Assembly: GCA_003209065.1 (NCBI GenBank)
Contig: QCSX01000004.1
Coordinates: 1,328 to 65,327, forward strand
Length of the DNA: 64,000 nt
Reading direction: 5' to 3'
From: Prochlorococcus sp. AG-670-N10
Lineage (GTDB): Bacteria; Cyanobacteriota; Cyanobacteriia; PCC-6307; Cyanobiaceae
Shown here: piece by piece, positions 17,807-27,943 of the stretch
Position numbering within the stretch: the stretch's first letter is position 1
Layout: the number at the start of each line of letters is the position of its first letter
Notes under the pieces: generated by a model
The model's input: the letters and a program-made list of their open reading frames with translations, nothing else
Told to the model about the DNA's origin: nothing
Database searches by the model: none
Program-made: the position numbers and the translations under genes

Positions 17807-18646
17807 ATGAAAGAAAGCAAGAAAACACAAAGTCCCATGAATGAAACTTTATCAAAAATAAATAAGAAGTTTTTGGAACTAAAGAAAAACGATAAATTAG
17901 CATTAATGCCTTTCATAATGGCAGGTGATCCTAATATTGAGACTACATCAGAGATTTTATTAAAGTTGCAAGAAAAGGGTGCGGATCTTATTGAATTAGG
18001 AATCCCTTATAGCGATCCTCTTGCTGATGGCCCAATCATTCAATTATCAGCTTCTAGAGCATTAAAGTCAGGAACTACATTGAAAAATGTTATTCAATTA
18101 TTGGAGTCTTTAAAAGATAAGTTGCATATTCCAATAATACTTTTCACTTATTTTAATCCTGTATTAAATTTTGGACTTGAAAATTTTTGTGAATTGGCAT
18201 CTAAAGTAGGAGTTTCAGGATTAATAATTCCCGATCTTCCTTTGGAAGAAGCATATAAATTTTCAGAAATAATTAGTTCTTATTCTATAGACTTGATATT
18301 ATTAGTTGCTCCTACTACTCCCTCTGAAAGAATGAAAATTATATCTAATAATACAAAAGGTTTTACTTATTTAGTAAGCGTGACAGGAGTAACAGGAGAG
18401 AGAAACAAAATGGAAAATAGAGTAGAGAATCTTATTACTAAATTACAAGAAATAAGCATAAATCCTGTAGCGGTTGGTTTTGGAATATCTTCTCCTGAAC
18501 ATGTTAATAAAGTACGTAAATGGGGCGCAGATGGAGTAATTATTGGAAGTGCATTTGTTAAAAGAATTTCTAATAGTAATGAAAAGGAAGTTGTTAATCA
18601 AGTTGGTAAATTTTGTGAAGAAATGCGTAGAGCTGCTGATCAATAA
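17807..18646 (+). CDS. trpA: Tryptophan synthase alpha chain
   Basis: Motifs include ALMPFIMAGDP, ELGIPYSDPLADGPIIQ and GFGIS. The start could instead be the internal Met at residue 11. Confidence 0.9.
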   Translation: MKESKKTQSPMNETLSKINKKFLELKKNDKLALMPFIMAGDPNIETTSEILLKLQEKGADLIELGIPYSDPLADGPIIQLSASRALKSGTTLKNVIQLLESLKDKLHIPIILFTYFNPVLNFGLENFCELASKVGVSGLIIPDLPLEEAYKFSEIISSYSIDLILLVAPTTPSERMKIISNNTKGFTYLVSVTGVTGERNKMENRVENLITKLQEISINPVAVGFGISSPEHVNKVRKWGADGVIIGSAFVKRISNSNEKEVVNQVGKFCEEMRRAADQ

Positions 18647-18686
18647 ATGTAATTTAAAAACTAATTTTGCATGTTTATTTTATTAA

Positions 18687-18712
18687 AAAACCCCTAGATG
18701 AAAAGGGGTTTT
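18687..18712. terminator. Bidirectional Rho-independent terminator between trpA and the cyAbrB gene
   Basis: A 9-bp stem AAAACCCCT / AGGGGTTTT encloses an 8-nt loop. T-runs flank it on the minus-strand reading and partly on the plus strand. It is the only GC-containing hairpin in this convergent spacer. Confidence 0.65.
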
Positions 18713-18746
18713 AATTCTTAATAATTAGAATAATATTTTATGGGGA

Positions 18747-19097
18747 TTATTCTGAAGGTAATAATCTTATTTGTTTTCTCCCAAGCTTTATTTCAAACTC
18801 ATCGCCTGCTTTTAAGTCTAAGAGTGCTGTATATGCTTTCCCAATCAAAAGATTACCATTACCTTGAACTGTCGCTATATAACTTAACTTTCTGCCACCC
18901 TTCCCAATACCTGCAACTCCAGCATCTCCGAGGTTAACGCCTTTTGCTTCAAGAAGTGCTTCATAAAAAGCAGTGAAATTTAAACGTTCGCTTCCATTTT
19001 TTTTCGTGGAAACGTATCCACATGCACGAACAAGATCTGACTTGCTAATATCACCAAGTTCTTTAACTTTAGCAAGGAGATCGCTACCACTTAGCAT
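18747..19097 (-). CDS. Cyanobacterial AbrB-like (cyAbrB) transcriptional regulator
   Basis: The 116-aa protein has a C-terminal SpoVT/AbrB swapped-hairpin segment (NLLIGKAYTALLDLKAGDEFEIKLGRKQIRLLP). The N-terminal domain is typical of the cyAbrB clade. Confidence 0.75.
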   Translation of the reverse strand: MLSGSDLLAKVKELGDISKSDLVRACGYVSTKKNGSERLNFTAFYEALLEAKGVNLGDAGVAGIGKGGRKLSYIATVQGNGNLLIGKAYTALLDLKAGDEFEIKLGRKQIRLLPSE

Positions 19098-19193
19098 AAT
19101 AAATTAATAAAAAGTTATTCTTAATTAACATAGCAATTAGTGTGTAATTTGTGCAATTATTAAGCATATATTTATTCAATTAGTTATCTTTTA

Positions 19194-19466
19194 ATGATGG
19201 GAAAATTTATAGTATTTGGGAAGTATTGCGAAGATGCAATTAACAAAAGGGAACCATTTCGTAAAAATCATCTTGATAGACTTCGGGATTTAAAAGATAG
19301 AAATATTTTAATTACTTTAGGACCTACTAAATGTACAAAATATTTATTTGGTATTTTTAACGCTAATAATGAAAATGAATTAAGACAATTAATTGAGAAA
19401 GATATTTATTGGCAGGAAGGTATATGGATTGATTTTGATATTTATCCATGGATCCAAGCATTTTAA
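19194..19466 (+). CDS. YciI-like protein
   Basis: The 90-aa protein has the pattern F.V.......R..R..HL.RL......G.....GP ... DIYWQEGIW..FDIYPW, typical of the YCII domain. Confidence 0.6.
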   Translation: MMGKFIVFGKYCEDAINKREPFRKNHLDRLRDLKDRNILITLGPTKCTKYLFGIFNANNENELRQLIEKDIYWQEGIWIDFDIYPWIQAF

Positions 19467-19678
19467 TAAAGAATATATAAAAAATGATAATCTATTAGCT
19501 GATTTTATTTATAATTAGAATGGCAATTATTTTTTAAAATTATAAAAAAAAAGGCAATTATTTAAAAAATAATTATAAATAAATAATAGAAATTTCAATA
19601 AAAATGATTCTAAAATACCCTGAATATATAGCTATTTAAGTTAGTTTTTAAATAAAAAAATAGCTTAGTTTAAATATT

Positions 19679-19999
19679 TTATTTACTACTGTCTTTTTTT
19701 ATTTGGTTCACTAAGGAGTCGATATCTAATTGATTATATGGGTGGGTTTCGTTTATTCCTTGAGAATTGGTAGGAATATTGTTTAGCCAATTTTGTTCTA
19801 TCTTTATGAGATTTTTAATAATGTTGAAAATACCTCCTTTTTTATAAAATTCTTTAACTTTTTGGGTGATTTCGGAGGTTCGGCTTGATTTGAGATTTAA
19901 TTCATTAGCTAGATCTTTTTGAGTATATCCATGAGATTTCAGCCAAACTTTAATGAAATCTAGTAGTTCTTTTTCTTCTTGCTGAGAAAGTCTACTCAT
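19679..19999 (-). CDS. Small XRE-like helix-turn-helix protein
   Basis: It has the HTH segment GYTQKDLANELNLKSSRTSEI. Its start overlaps the stop of the upstream DUF1232 gene by 1 nt. Confidence 0.55.
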   Translation of the reverse strand: MSRLSQQEEKELLDFIKVWLKSHGYTQKDLANELNLKSSRTSEITQKVKEFYKKGGIFNIIKNLIKIEQNWLNNIPTNSQGINETHPYNQLDIDSLVNQIKKDSSK

Positions 20000-20370
20000 T
20001 AAATAAAAGGGAACAATTTATTAAGTTTCATTTCTGCTCTAGTTCTTATTGAAGGAGTCATATACTTGCTCCAAATACTTAAAACTGCAGTGAGTGCAAC
20101 GAAGTCATCACTAAAACCTACTAAAGGCATAAAATCAGGGAATAAATCAAAAGGCATTATCAAATAAGCTAATGCAGCCATTAAAGAAACCCTTACTTGT
20201 GCTGGAGTAAAAGGGTCAAGAGCCATTTCTAAAACTTCTAAAGCAGGTTTTGCAATTGTCCTCCCAGCCTTTATAAGAATTTTTATAATGATGTTTTCCT
20301 CCAAAGATGAACTTTCTAAAACCTCTGCATCATAAATTTTTTCTTTTTTATTGGTATTTGTCTCATTCAT
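19999..20370 (-). CDS. DUF1232 (YkvA-like) membrane protein
   Basis: It has the signature PFDLFPDFMPLVGFSDDFVALTAVL, with flanking hydrophobic helices. Confidence 0.65.
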   Translation of the reverse strand: MNETNTNKKEKIYDAEVLESSSLEENIIIKILIKAGRTIAKPALEVLEMALDPFTPAQVRVSLMAALAYLIMPFDLFPDFMPLVGFSDDFVALTAVLSIWSKYMTPSIRTRAEMKLNKLFPFI

Positions 20371-20393
20371 ACTTTTATATTTATTATAGATTT

Positions 20394-21317
20394 TTAGCTG
20401 ACACTATCTACAAGTCCATTTTGAATTCCAGCTTTTCTGAGTTTTCTCAAGGCCCTCTGTACAACTTGTCTGCAATATTCTCTGCTACAACTCATATGTC
20501 TTGCGACTTCAGCTAAAGTTCTCCATTCATTTGAGCCATCTAAACCGAATCTTAGGCTAACTATCTTTCTTTCTTTCTCAGTAAGATTAGCTTTATCTAA
20601 TAAGGTCCAAGCGGAAGCTGTTCTCTCTGCCAGTTCTGCTAATTCCATGGGAGGGGTTTGATCACTTGGAAGAATGTCAACAAGTTCAGATGGATCTGAC
20701 TTGGATTTAACAGTGCCTTGAAGGCTAACTGTTATGCTTCGTAACTCACAAGAAAGTAATTCATCTATTTCCTCTTTAGTGATTTTCATCTCTTCTGCCA
20801 ATTCAATGCTAGTAGGAGGAAAACCTTTAAGTTGCATTAGCTTTGATTTCGCTGCTCTTAGTTTAGTTAGCTTTTCATTTATATTTACAGGTATTCTTAT
20901 AGTTCTGCTTTGTGTTGATAGTGCTCTATTCAATCCTTGCCTTATCCACCAGTAAGCATAAGTGGAGAATCTATGACCTCTTGAAGGGTCATATTTTTCT
21001 ACAGCTCGTGTAAGACCTAGAGTACCTTCTTGAATTAAATCTAACAATTCTAGACCTTTCCCCTGATATCTTTTTGAGAGATTTACTACTAATCTTAGGT
21101 TTGCTGTAATCATTTCATTCTTAGCTTTTTCACCAATTTTAATTTTCTTTTTTTCCGAATCTGAATATTCACAATCAGGTCCCTTACCACCGGCTGTTTG
21201 ACACCTATTAATAAGTGCAACCATTTCTTGGACTTTTCTTCCCATAGTGAGTTCCTTCTCTGGTGTCAAAAGTTGATGACGACCTATTTCTCCAAGAAAA
21301 TCGCTTAATGAACTCAC
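20394..21317 (-). CDS. RNA polymerase sigma-70 family factor, group-2-like alternative sigma
   Basis: It has a GTG start, with an in-frame TAA two codons upstream. Recognised regions are 1.2 (FLGEIGRHQLLTPEKE), 2 (FSTYAYWWIRQGLNRAL), 3, and the 4.2 HTH (RTLAEVARHMSCSREYCRQV). Confidence 0.88.
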   Translation of the reverse strand: MSSLSDFLGEIGRHQLLTPEKELTMGRKVQEMVALINRCQTAGGKGPDCEYSDSEKKKIKIGEKAKNEMITANLRLVVNLSKRYQGKGLELLDLIQEGTLGLTRAVEKYDPSRGHRFSTYAYWWIRQGLNRALSTQSRTIRIPVNINEKLTKLRAAKSKLMQLKGFPPTSIELAEEMKITKEEIDELLSCELRSITVSLQGTVKSKSDPSELVDILPSDQTPPMELAELAERTASAWTLLDKANLTEKERKIVSLRFGLDGSNEWRTLAEVARHMSCSREYCRQVVQRALRKLRKAGIQNGLVDSVS

Positions 21318-21469
21318 GATTTATACCTTATAGTTAATATATTTAACTTATAGTTAATTTCTTAATAAGCTATACATGTAATAATTAATTAATATTTAAT
21401 TAATATTTATTATTTATAAATTTGATTTAATTTATTAATTTATAGTTTCCAAATTTATAAATTAATTAA

Positions 21470-22132
21470 TTATTTATTTTTTCTTCTTGATTCAAGAACA
21501 GTTAGTACATCTCTCCACTGAACTCCTTTATGCAGCAATGCAACTTGAAGATGATAAATTATATCGGAAGCCTCATTTGCGATTTCATTTTTGTCATTAT
21601 CTTTGCAGGCCATAATAAATTCAGCAGTTTCTTCTCCCATTTTTTTTAAGATAGTATTACTACCTTTTGTTAACAAATGATTGGTATAACTTTTTTCTAG
21701 AGGATTAATTGACCTTTCATTAATAGTATCAAATAATTCTGAACAAATATTAGAAAAAGGATTTGTTTTCTTTGCTGTTTTCTTAACTGAATTACTATCG
21801 ATTTCATTGAAAAAACAACTTTTTTCGCCTGTATGGCATGCACCTGAGCCATTCTGTTCTATTGAAAGAACAAGTGCATCATTATCGCAATCAAATCTAA
21901 TTTCTTTAAGAAATTGGGTACTGCCGCTCGTGGCTCCTTTTCTCCATATCTCGGATCTAGATCGACTCCAGTAATGAACATTTCTTGTTTCGAGTGTTTT
22001 ATTTAAAGATTCTTTATTCATCCAAGCCAACATAAGAATAGATCCGTCTAGCCAATCTTGTGCTATTGCAGGGATTAATCCATTATTATCAAAACGAAGT
22101 TCTTCGATGGAAAAATTTGTTGAATAAACCAT
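21470..22132 (-). CDS. hisIE: Bifunctional phosphoribosyl-AMP cyclohydrolase / phosphoribosyl-ATP pyrophosphatase
   Basis: The HisI motif is GSGACHTGEKSCFF. The C-terminal part is a HisE-like helical domain (TAEFIMACKD..ASDIIYHLQVAL). Confidence 0.88.
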   Translation of the reverse strand: MVYSTNFSIEELRFDNNGLIPAIAQDWLDGSILMLAWMNKESLNKTLETRNVHYWSRSRSEIWRKGATSGSTQFLKEIRFDCDNDALVLSIEQNGSGACHTGEKSCFFNEIDSNSVKKTAKKTNPFSNICSELFDTINERSINPLEKSYTNHLLTKGSNTILKKMGEETAEFIMACKDNDKNEIANEASDIIYHLQVALLHKGVQWRDVLTVLESRRKNK

Positions 22133-22195
22133 TATATTTAATGAGTTAGACCTCTTACTCTTTGTTTTACTAAAGCTTATCTTATCAGTTTATTA

Positions 22196-22660
22196 ATGGA
22201 TATTCATTCATCAAAATTTTCTTGCAGCAAAAGTTATGAGGATTTTCCCTGCTCTCATAGGCAATGGCGCCATGATGGACAGTGTAGATTTGTTCATGGT
22301 TATTCAAGGACATTTACCTTTTGGTTCGCTGCTAAAGAATTGGATAAAAATGGTTTTGTCGTTGATTTTTCTGGCTTGAAACCTCTTGAAAAAAGACTTA
22401 AAGAACAGTTTGATCATACATTTCTTGTAAATAGTGATGATCCTTTATTAAATTACTGGAGAAAATTACATGATTTAGATGCTTTAAATTTGAAGATTAT
22501 GGATAATGTTGGAATGGAATATTCTTCTGAAATGATTTGGCAATGGGCTAATGAATACTTGAAGGATAATGATAAAGGAAGAACATGCTGCTGGAAAACT
22601 GAATCAAAAGAAAATAAATCAAATTCTGCTAGTTATGAAAGATTCCCAGAGTGGTTTTAA
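22196..22660 (+). CDS. 6-pyruvoyl-tetrahydropterin synthase family protein (QueD-like)
   Basis: The 154-aa protein has PTPS-type motifs CSHRQWRHDGQCRFVHGYS and FDHTFLVN. Confidence 0.65.
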   Translation: MDIHSSKFSCSKSYEDFPCSHRQWRHDGQCRFVHGYSRTFTFWFAAKELDKNGFVVDFSGLKPLEKRLKEQFDHTFLVNSDDPLLNYWRKLHDLDALNLKIMDNVGMEYSSEMIWQWANEYLKDNDKGRTCCWKTESKENKSNSASYERFPEWF

Positions 22661-22714
22661 GATTTATTTAAAAGTTTATAAACAAATTTAAAAAAAAATA
22701 CTTTAATCAAAATA

Positions 22715-25297
22715 TCAATTTACAAATATGCATCCATCTTTAATAGAAATATAAACCTCTTTTTTATTTAAGTAATTGTTATTGAGAATATTATTTGCAA
22801 TTTTTGTCTCGATTTCTTTTTGAATAATTCTTTTTAATGGTCTTGCTCCATAACTATTATCAAAACTATTTTTGACTAGATGGTCAATAGCCTCATCTGT
22901 AATTTGAAAGTTTAAGTCTTTTTTGATAAGTCTATTTTCTAGGTTTTTTAGTTGTATTTTGGCTATATCTTTTAATTCATTTAATTCCAAATTTTGAAAT
23001 ATTATTATTTCATCTAGGCGGTTTAAGAATTCTGGTTTAAAAAATTTCTTCAATTCAACATTCACAATATTTTTAATCTCATTTTTATCTTCGTTCCTAA
23101 TAGATAAATCATTTATAGATTGACTTCCTAAATTACTTGTAAGAACAATTATTGAATTTTTAAAACTAATTGTTCTGCCTTGCCCATCGGTAATAATCCC
23201 ATCATCAAGAACTTGTAATAAGATATCTAAAACATCTTTGTGGGCTTTTTCTATTTCATCTAGGAGTATAAGAGAGTAAGGGTTTTTCCTGACGGCTTCG
23301 GTTAATTGGCCTCCTGATTCAAAACCTAGATACCCTGGCGGGGCACCAATAATTTTGCTTACTGAATGCTTTTCCATATATTCAGACATGTCTAGTCTCG
23401 TGATTGATGAATTCGAGTCAAATATTGTTTTGGCTAATACTTTGCTTAGTTCAGTCTTTCCTACTCCTGTTGGCCCTAAAAATAAAAAACTAGCTATTGG
23501 TCTATTGGGATCATTTAGTCCTGTCCTTGATCTCTTGATTGAATCTGAAACGGCGCATATGGCATTATTTTGACCAATAATTTTTTCTTTAAGAGTTAAT
23601 TCTAGTTTTAAAAGTTTTTCTTTTTCAGATTGATTTAAATTATTTACTGGAATAGAAGTCCACTTCGAAACAACTTCCGCTATGTCATCAAAATTGACTT
23701 CTTGCCTTAAAAGATTCTTTTCACCATTTTTAAAAGAATCTACTAAATTCTCACTTTTGATTTTTAATTTTTTTTGTAAAGAAATTAAGGTTCCAAATTC
23801 TAACTCTGCGGCTTTATTAAGATCAAAGCTTCTTTTGGCTTGTTCAATTTTTAATTGAGTAGATTCAATTTCTTCTTTTAAATTACTAATCTCGTCAATT
23901 TCTTCTTTCTCTTTTCGCCATTGATGGTTTAATTCAGATTGCCTAATCTTAAGATCGTGAAGCTCATTATTAATTCTTTTAAGCCTTTCTAAAGAAAAAT
24001 TATCTGATTCCCTTTGTAAGGATAAATTCTCCATTTCTAGTTGTAAAACTTTTCTATCAATCTCATCAATTTCTTCTGGTTTGGATGTTATTACCATATT
24101 TAATCTTGAAGCCGCTTCATCAATTAGATCGATTGCTTTGTCTGGTAGGAATCTATCATTAATATATCTTTCACTTAAGCTAGCAGCAGCAACAAGAGCA
24201 TTATCAGAAATTCTTACACTATGATGAACCTCATATTTTTCTCTTAGCCCTCTAAGTATTGAAATCGTATCATCTACTGAAGGAGCGTTAATTTTTATTT
24301 TCTGAAATCTCCTTTCAAGAGCAGGATCTTTTTCAATATTTTGTTTATGCTCATTAATTGTCGTAGCACCTATACATCTTAATTCCCCCCTTGCGAGCAT
24401 TGGTTTCAAGAGATTACTGGCATCTAAAGATCCACCAGTTGCTCCAGCACCAACAACTGTATGAATTTCATCTATAAAAAGAATAATCTTACCCTCAGAA
24501 CTTTTAACTTTTTTTAAAACATTTTTAATTCTCTCTTCAAATTCGCCTCGGTATTTTGCTCCAGCTATTAATGAACCCATATCGATTGATATTAATTGCC
24601 TATTATTTAATGAAGATGGGACATCTCCATTAACGATTCGCTGAGCTAAACCTTCTACTATTGCAGTTTTACCTACTCCAGGTTCTCCTATTAGAACAGG
24701 ATTATTTTTGGTTCTTCTGCTTAATATTTGGATCGTTCTTCTGATCTCTTCATCCCTCCCAATAACAGGGTCAAGGATGCCATCCCTAGCTGATTTTGTA
24801 AGATCAATGCCAAATTTATCTAAAGTTTCATTTGAACTTTCAAAATTATCATTAATCGTGGATTCAGATTTCATCTTATTTAAAAGTTCTAAAAATTCAG
24901 GGATTTTTTTTGTATTTAAAACTAATTCACTGCAAACTTCATCATAAGATAAACCGTAAAGTATGTGTTCTGTTGATATCACTACATCATTAAGCGAAAC
25001 TCTTAAATCATTTGCTTTTAAAAAAACTTTTTCTGTGGTTTTTCCTATAAATAGAGTTTTTTGTTTATTCTTCATTTTTGCTTTCGCATCCAATAAAGAA
25101 GTTAACTTTGTTTCTATCTTTCTAATATTTACACAATTTTTTTTTAGTATTTTAGAGGTGAAAATATCTTGTTTTATTAGTGCAAGCAATATATTTTCAG
25201 AATCTATATTTTGCTGAAAATTATTTTGTGCAATTTCCTTTGATAAAATAAAAATATCCCAAGCAGAATTGGAGAATTCACTTGGGACAAATTTCAT
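22715..25297 (-). CDS. clpB: ATP-dependent chaperone ClpB
   Basis: The 860-aa protein has two AAA+ modules ([18 protein letters not shown]). A long coiled-coil middle domain lies between them, and it has a Clp N-domain. Confidence 0.9.
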   Translation of the reverse strand: MKFVPSEFSNSAWDIFILSKEIAQNNFQQNIDSENILLALIKQDIFTSKILKKNCVNIRKIETKLTSLLDAKAKMKNKQKTLFIGKTTEKVFLKANDLRVSLNDVVISTEHILYGLSYDEVCSELVLNTKKIPEFLELLNKMKSESTINDNFESSNETLDKFGIDLTKSARDGILDPVIGRDEEIRRTIQILSRRTKNNPVLIGEPGVGKTAIVEGLAQRIVNGDVPSSLNNRQLISIDMGSLIAGAKYRGEFEERIKNVLKKVKSSEGKIILFIDEIHTVVGAGATGGSLDASNLLKPMLARGELRCIGATTINEHKQNIEKDPALERRFQKIKINAPSVDDTISILRGLREKYEVHHSVRISDNALVAAASLSERYINDRFLPDKAIDLIDEAASRLNMVITSKPEEIDEIDRKVLQLEMENLSLQRESDNFSLERLKRINNELHDLKIRQSELNHQWRKEKEEIDEISNLKEEIESTQLKIEQAKRSFDLNKAAELEFGTLISLQKKLKIKSENLVDSFKNGEKNLLRQEVNFDDIAEVVSKWTSIPVNNLNQSEKEKLLKLELTLKEKIIGQNNAICAVSDSIKRSRTGLNDPNRPIASFLFLGPTGVGKTELSKVLAKTIFDSNSSITRLDMSEYMEKHSVSKIIGAPPGYLGFESGGQLTEAVRKNPYSLILLDEIEKAHKDVLDILLQVLDDGIITDGQGRTISFKNSIIVLTSNLGSQSINDLSIRNEDKNEIKNIVNVELKKFFKPEFLNRLDEIIIFQNLELNELKDIAKIQLKNLENRLIKKDLNFQITDEAIDHLVKNSFDNSYGARPLKRIIQKEIETKIANNILNNNYLNKKEVYISIKDGCIFVN

Positions 25298-25373
25298 TTA
25301 AGCCAATGTAATTAATTTAATTAATTAAAGTAATCTCAATATTTAGTAAATATTTTTTAATTAATTAGGTATT

Positions 25374-25724
25374 TTATTCAACAATTATTTTACCTACCAT
25401 CCCTGCACCTCTGTGAGGCTCACAATAGTAGTCAAAAGTTCCTGCTGTATCAAATGTTTCTTCCCATGATTCGCCAGGAGCGAAAGCTAAATCAGCATGA
25501 CTTAATTCTTCATGGCCATCAAAAACAGCATTATGAGGAGCTAATTTATTATTGATGAATTTAACAGTATCACCTGTACTGATAGTTACAGAACTTGGTT
25601 CAAAAGCTAACATCCCAGCGTCAGTACCAAGCTTAACTTCAACAGTTTTAGCAGAAACAGAAGAAATTCCTAGGCCCAGTGTTAAAACTATTGCAAAAAA
25701 ACCTGCAAAGATTGAACGTAACAT
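25374..25724 (-). CDS. petE: Plastocyanin precursor
   Basis: It has a signal peptide and the type-I copper ligand motif [18 protein letters not shown]. Confidence 0.92.
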   Translation of the reverse strand: MLRSIFAGFFAIVLTLGLGISSVSAKTVEVKLGTDAGMLAFEPSSVTISTGDTVKFINNKLAPHNAVFDGHEELSHADLAFAPGESWEETFDTAGTFDYYCEPHRGAGMVGKIIVE

Positions 25725-25782
25725 AATTTAAATTTACTATTTATATATATTACAAGGTTTTTGGAACTAAATCGCGAGAAGT

Positions 25783-26766
25783 TTAATTGATATTACAACC
25801 TGGTAACTTTGCTAACCTTAAAACATCTTGCAGGGATCTAGCATAACTTTTTAAATTTAATTTCTCAGGATTCGTTATTGGCACATGGTTAAAGTCATAT
25901 TTTTTTATGCTGAAGCTATCCCAAGGAGTCATTTGAATAGGAAGCACTCTTAATAATATTTTCATTATTGTTTTTGTTAAGCGGATGGAAAAATATCTAT
26001 TCATTCCGTTTCTCTTTAAAAGGATATTTATCGCATCATCAATTGAAATAAAGTTTTGACCTAATACAAATTTTCTGAACCCTTTATAATTCTCTTCTTT
26101 ATGATTTTTAATTAGAAACCCACAAATTTGTGCAATATCATTGGCATGTATAAAGTGAAACTTTGAGTCAAGTTTTAGAAATCTTGCCATCCAAAGCCAT
26201 TTATTTATTTCTTTCAATCCGCTTGTTAAATAGCTCACGGGATACTTACTTCTTTTATTAAGAGTCCCTCCAAAAACTAATGTAGGAAAAACTGCGAATG
26301 TTTTTTCTGCAAATGAGCTCTCTTTAAGTCTTTCAAAACACTTATATTTTGTTTGAATATATTCTGTTCCATAAGTTAAAGATTCCCTCATTAATTCACA
26401 TTTTTCATTGAGTATGCTGGCTGTTGAAAAATAAATTATTTTCTCTAATTTATCTTTTTCAAGCATTCCCAGTAACTCTTCGAAGGCTTTTATGTTTACA
26501 TCATAGGCTCTTTTGGGATCACCCCAAGCAGTCGCAGTGTGGATAAGAAAATTTACCTGACTAATTTCTTTCCTAAATCTATTGCATTCTCTGATATCAC
26601 ATATAAGCAATTTAATCCGCTTGTTCTTCTGTATAGCAAGGGGGAGCTTATTTTTATCTCTTACCATGAGATAAAGCCTAAATCGAGTGTTTCTTAAAAA
26701 CCAATCAATCAAATATTGGCCAACACATCCGTTAGAACCTGTTATTAATAAGTTTTTAATTGCCAA
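25783..26766 (-). CDS. NAD-dependent epimerase/dehydratase (extended SDR) family protein
   Basis: It has the N-terminal Rossmann motif ITGSNGCVGQYL and is 327 aa long. Confidence 0.65.
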   Translation of the reverse strand: MAIKNLLITGSNGCVGQYLIDWFLRNTRFRLYLMVRDKNKLPLAIQKNKRIKLLICDIRECNRFRKEISQVNFLIHTATAWGDPKRAYDVNIKAFEELLGMLEKDKLEKIIYFSTASILNEKCELMRESLTYGTEYIQTKYKCFERLKESSFAEKTFAVFPTLVFGGTLNKRSKYPVSYLTSGLKEINKWLWMARFLKLDSKFHFIHANDIAQICGFLIKNHKEENYKGFRKFVLGQNFISIDDAINILLKRNGMNRYFSIRLTKTIMKILLRVLPIQMTPWDSFSIKKYDFNHVPITNPEKLNLKSYARSLQDVLRLAKLPGCNIN

Positions 26767-26774
26767 AATTTAAA

Positions 26775-27815
26775 TTAATAAGTTAGTTTTTTACCATGTT
26801 CAAAAAATGTTTGAGCATTTTCTTCTGGTGTGCCTGGTAAAATTCCATGACCTAAATTAAGAATATATTTTCTCTCTTTTACTTTATTGAAAGTATTATC
26901 GATTCTCTCTTTTATTGAATCTTTATTGCCAAATAATATACCTGGATCAACATTTCCCTGTATCCCAATTCCTGTAGGGATTCGCTTGCAAGCCTCCTCA
27001 ATATCTACAGTCCAGTCTAGTGAAATTATATCTACACCAGTTTTAGCCATTCTTTCTAATAACCCAGCACTTCCCGATATATACAATATTATCGGAGTAT
27101 CTGGGAATTCTTCTTTAACGATGTCAACAACTTTCTTTTGATAAGGGCCAGCAAAAATATCGTAGTCTTGAGGACTTAATTGTCCTGCCCAAGAGTCAAA
27201 AATTTGTACAACTTGAGCGCCAGATTTTATTTGGTACTTTAAATACTCACCAATGGATTTTGCAAAGTGATCCAGAAGTTTGTGAAGTAAATCAGGTTCT
27301 TTAAAAGCCATTGACTTTATTAAAGAATAATTTTTACTGCTTTTACCTTCAACGACATATGCAGCCAAAGTCCAAGGTGCTCCAACGAAGCCAAGAACCG
27401 TTGCTTCATTTTTTACATCTTTTTTTAATGATGAAAGGACTTCTCCCACAAAACTTAAACTTTCGTTCGGAATTAATTCTTTTAAATTTTCTATTTGGTG
27501 AATATTTCTTATTGGATCTTCTATTATTGGACCCTTACTTTCTATTATTTCAAAGTTGATTCCCATTCCTGGAAGAGGGGTAAGTATATCTGAAAAAAGA
27601 ATTACACCATCTGGCTTGAAAGCCAAAAAAGGTTGCATTGAAATTTCATAAGAGAGTTCTGGGTTCTCAGATCTTTCCCTAAAGCTTGGGTAACGTTCTC
27701 TTAAATCTCTGTAAATCTTCATATATCTGCCTGCTTGTCTCATCATCCATACTGGAGGCCTATTAACTTTCTTTCCTAAGGCAGCAGATAGTAAAAGTGG
27801 TAAATTCTCACCCAT
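26775..27815 (-). CDS. hemE: Uroporphyrinogen decarboxylase
   Basis: It has the motif [12 protein letters not shown], with ILFSDIL and GHGILPGTP further on. Confidence 0.92.
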   Translation of the reverse strand: MGENLPLLLSAALGKKVNRPPVWMMRQAGRYMKIYRDLRERYPSFRERSENPELSYEISMQPFLAFKPDGVILFSDILTPLPGMGINFEIIESKGPIIEDPIRNIHQIENLKELIPNESLSFVGEVLSSLKKDVKNEATVLGFVGAPWTLAAYVVEGKSSKNYSLIKSMAFKEPDLLHKLLDHFAKSIGEYLKYQIKSGAQVVQIFDSWAGQLSPQDYDIFAGPYQKKVVDIVKEEFPDTPIILYISGSAGLLERMAKTGVDIISLDWTVDIEEACKRIPTGIGIQGNVDPGILFGNKDSIKERIDNTFNKVKERKYILNLGHGILPGTPEENAQTFFEHGKKLTY

Positions 27816-27943
27816 TTTTTGAGTACAATATGATTTTTTTTAAAAATTAAAAATCTTTAACCTAAAAATTTTACAACGTGGAGCAGATTAAAATCACTAT
27901 GTGAAGAATTAAATGAAATTGACTAATAAATAAACCTTTATTA

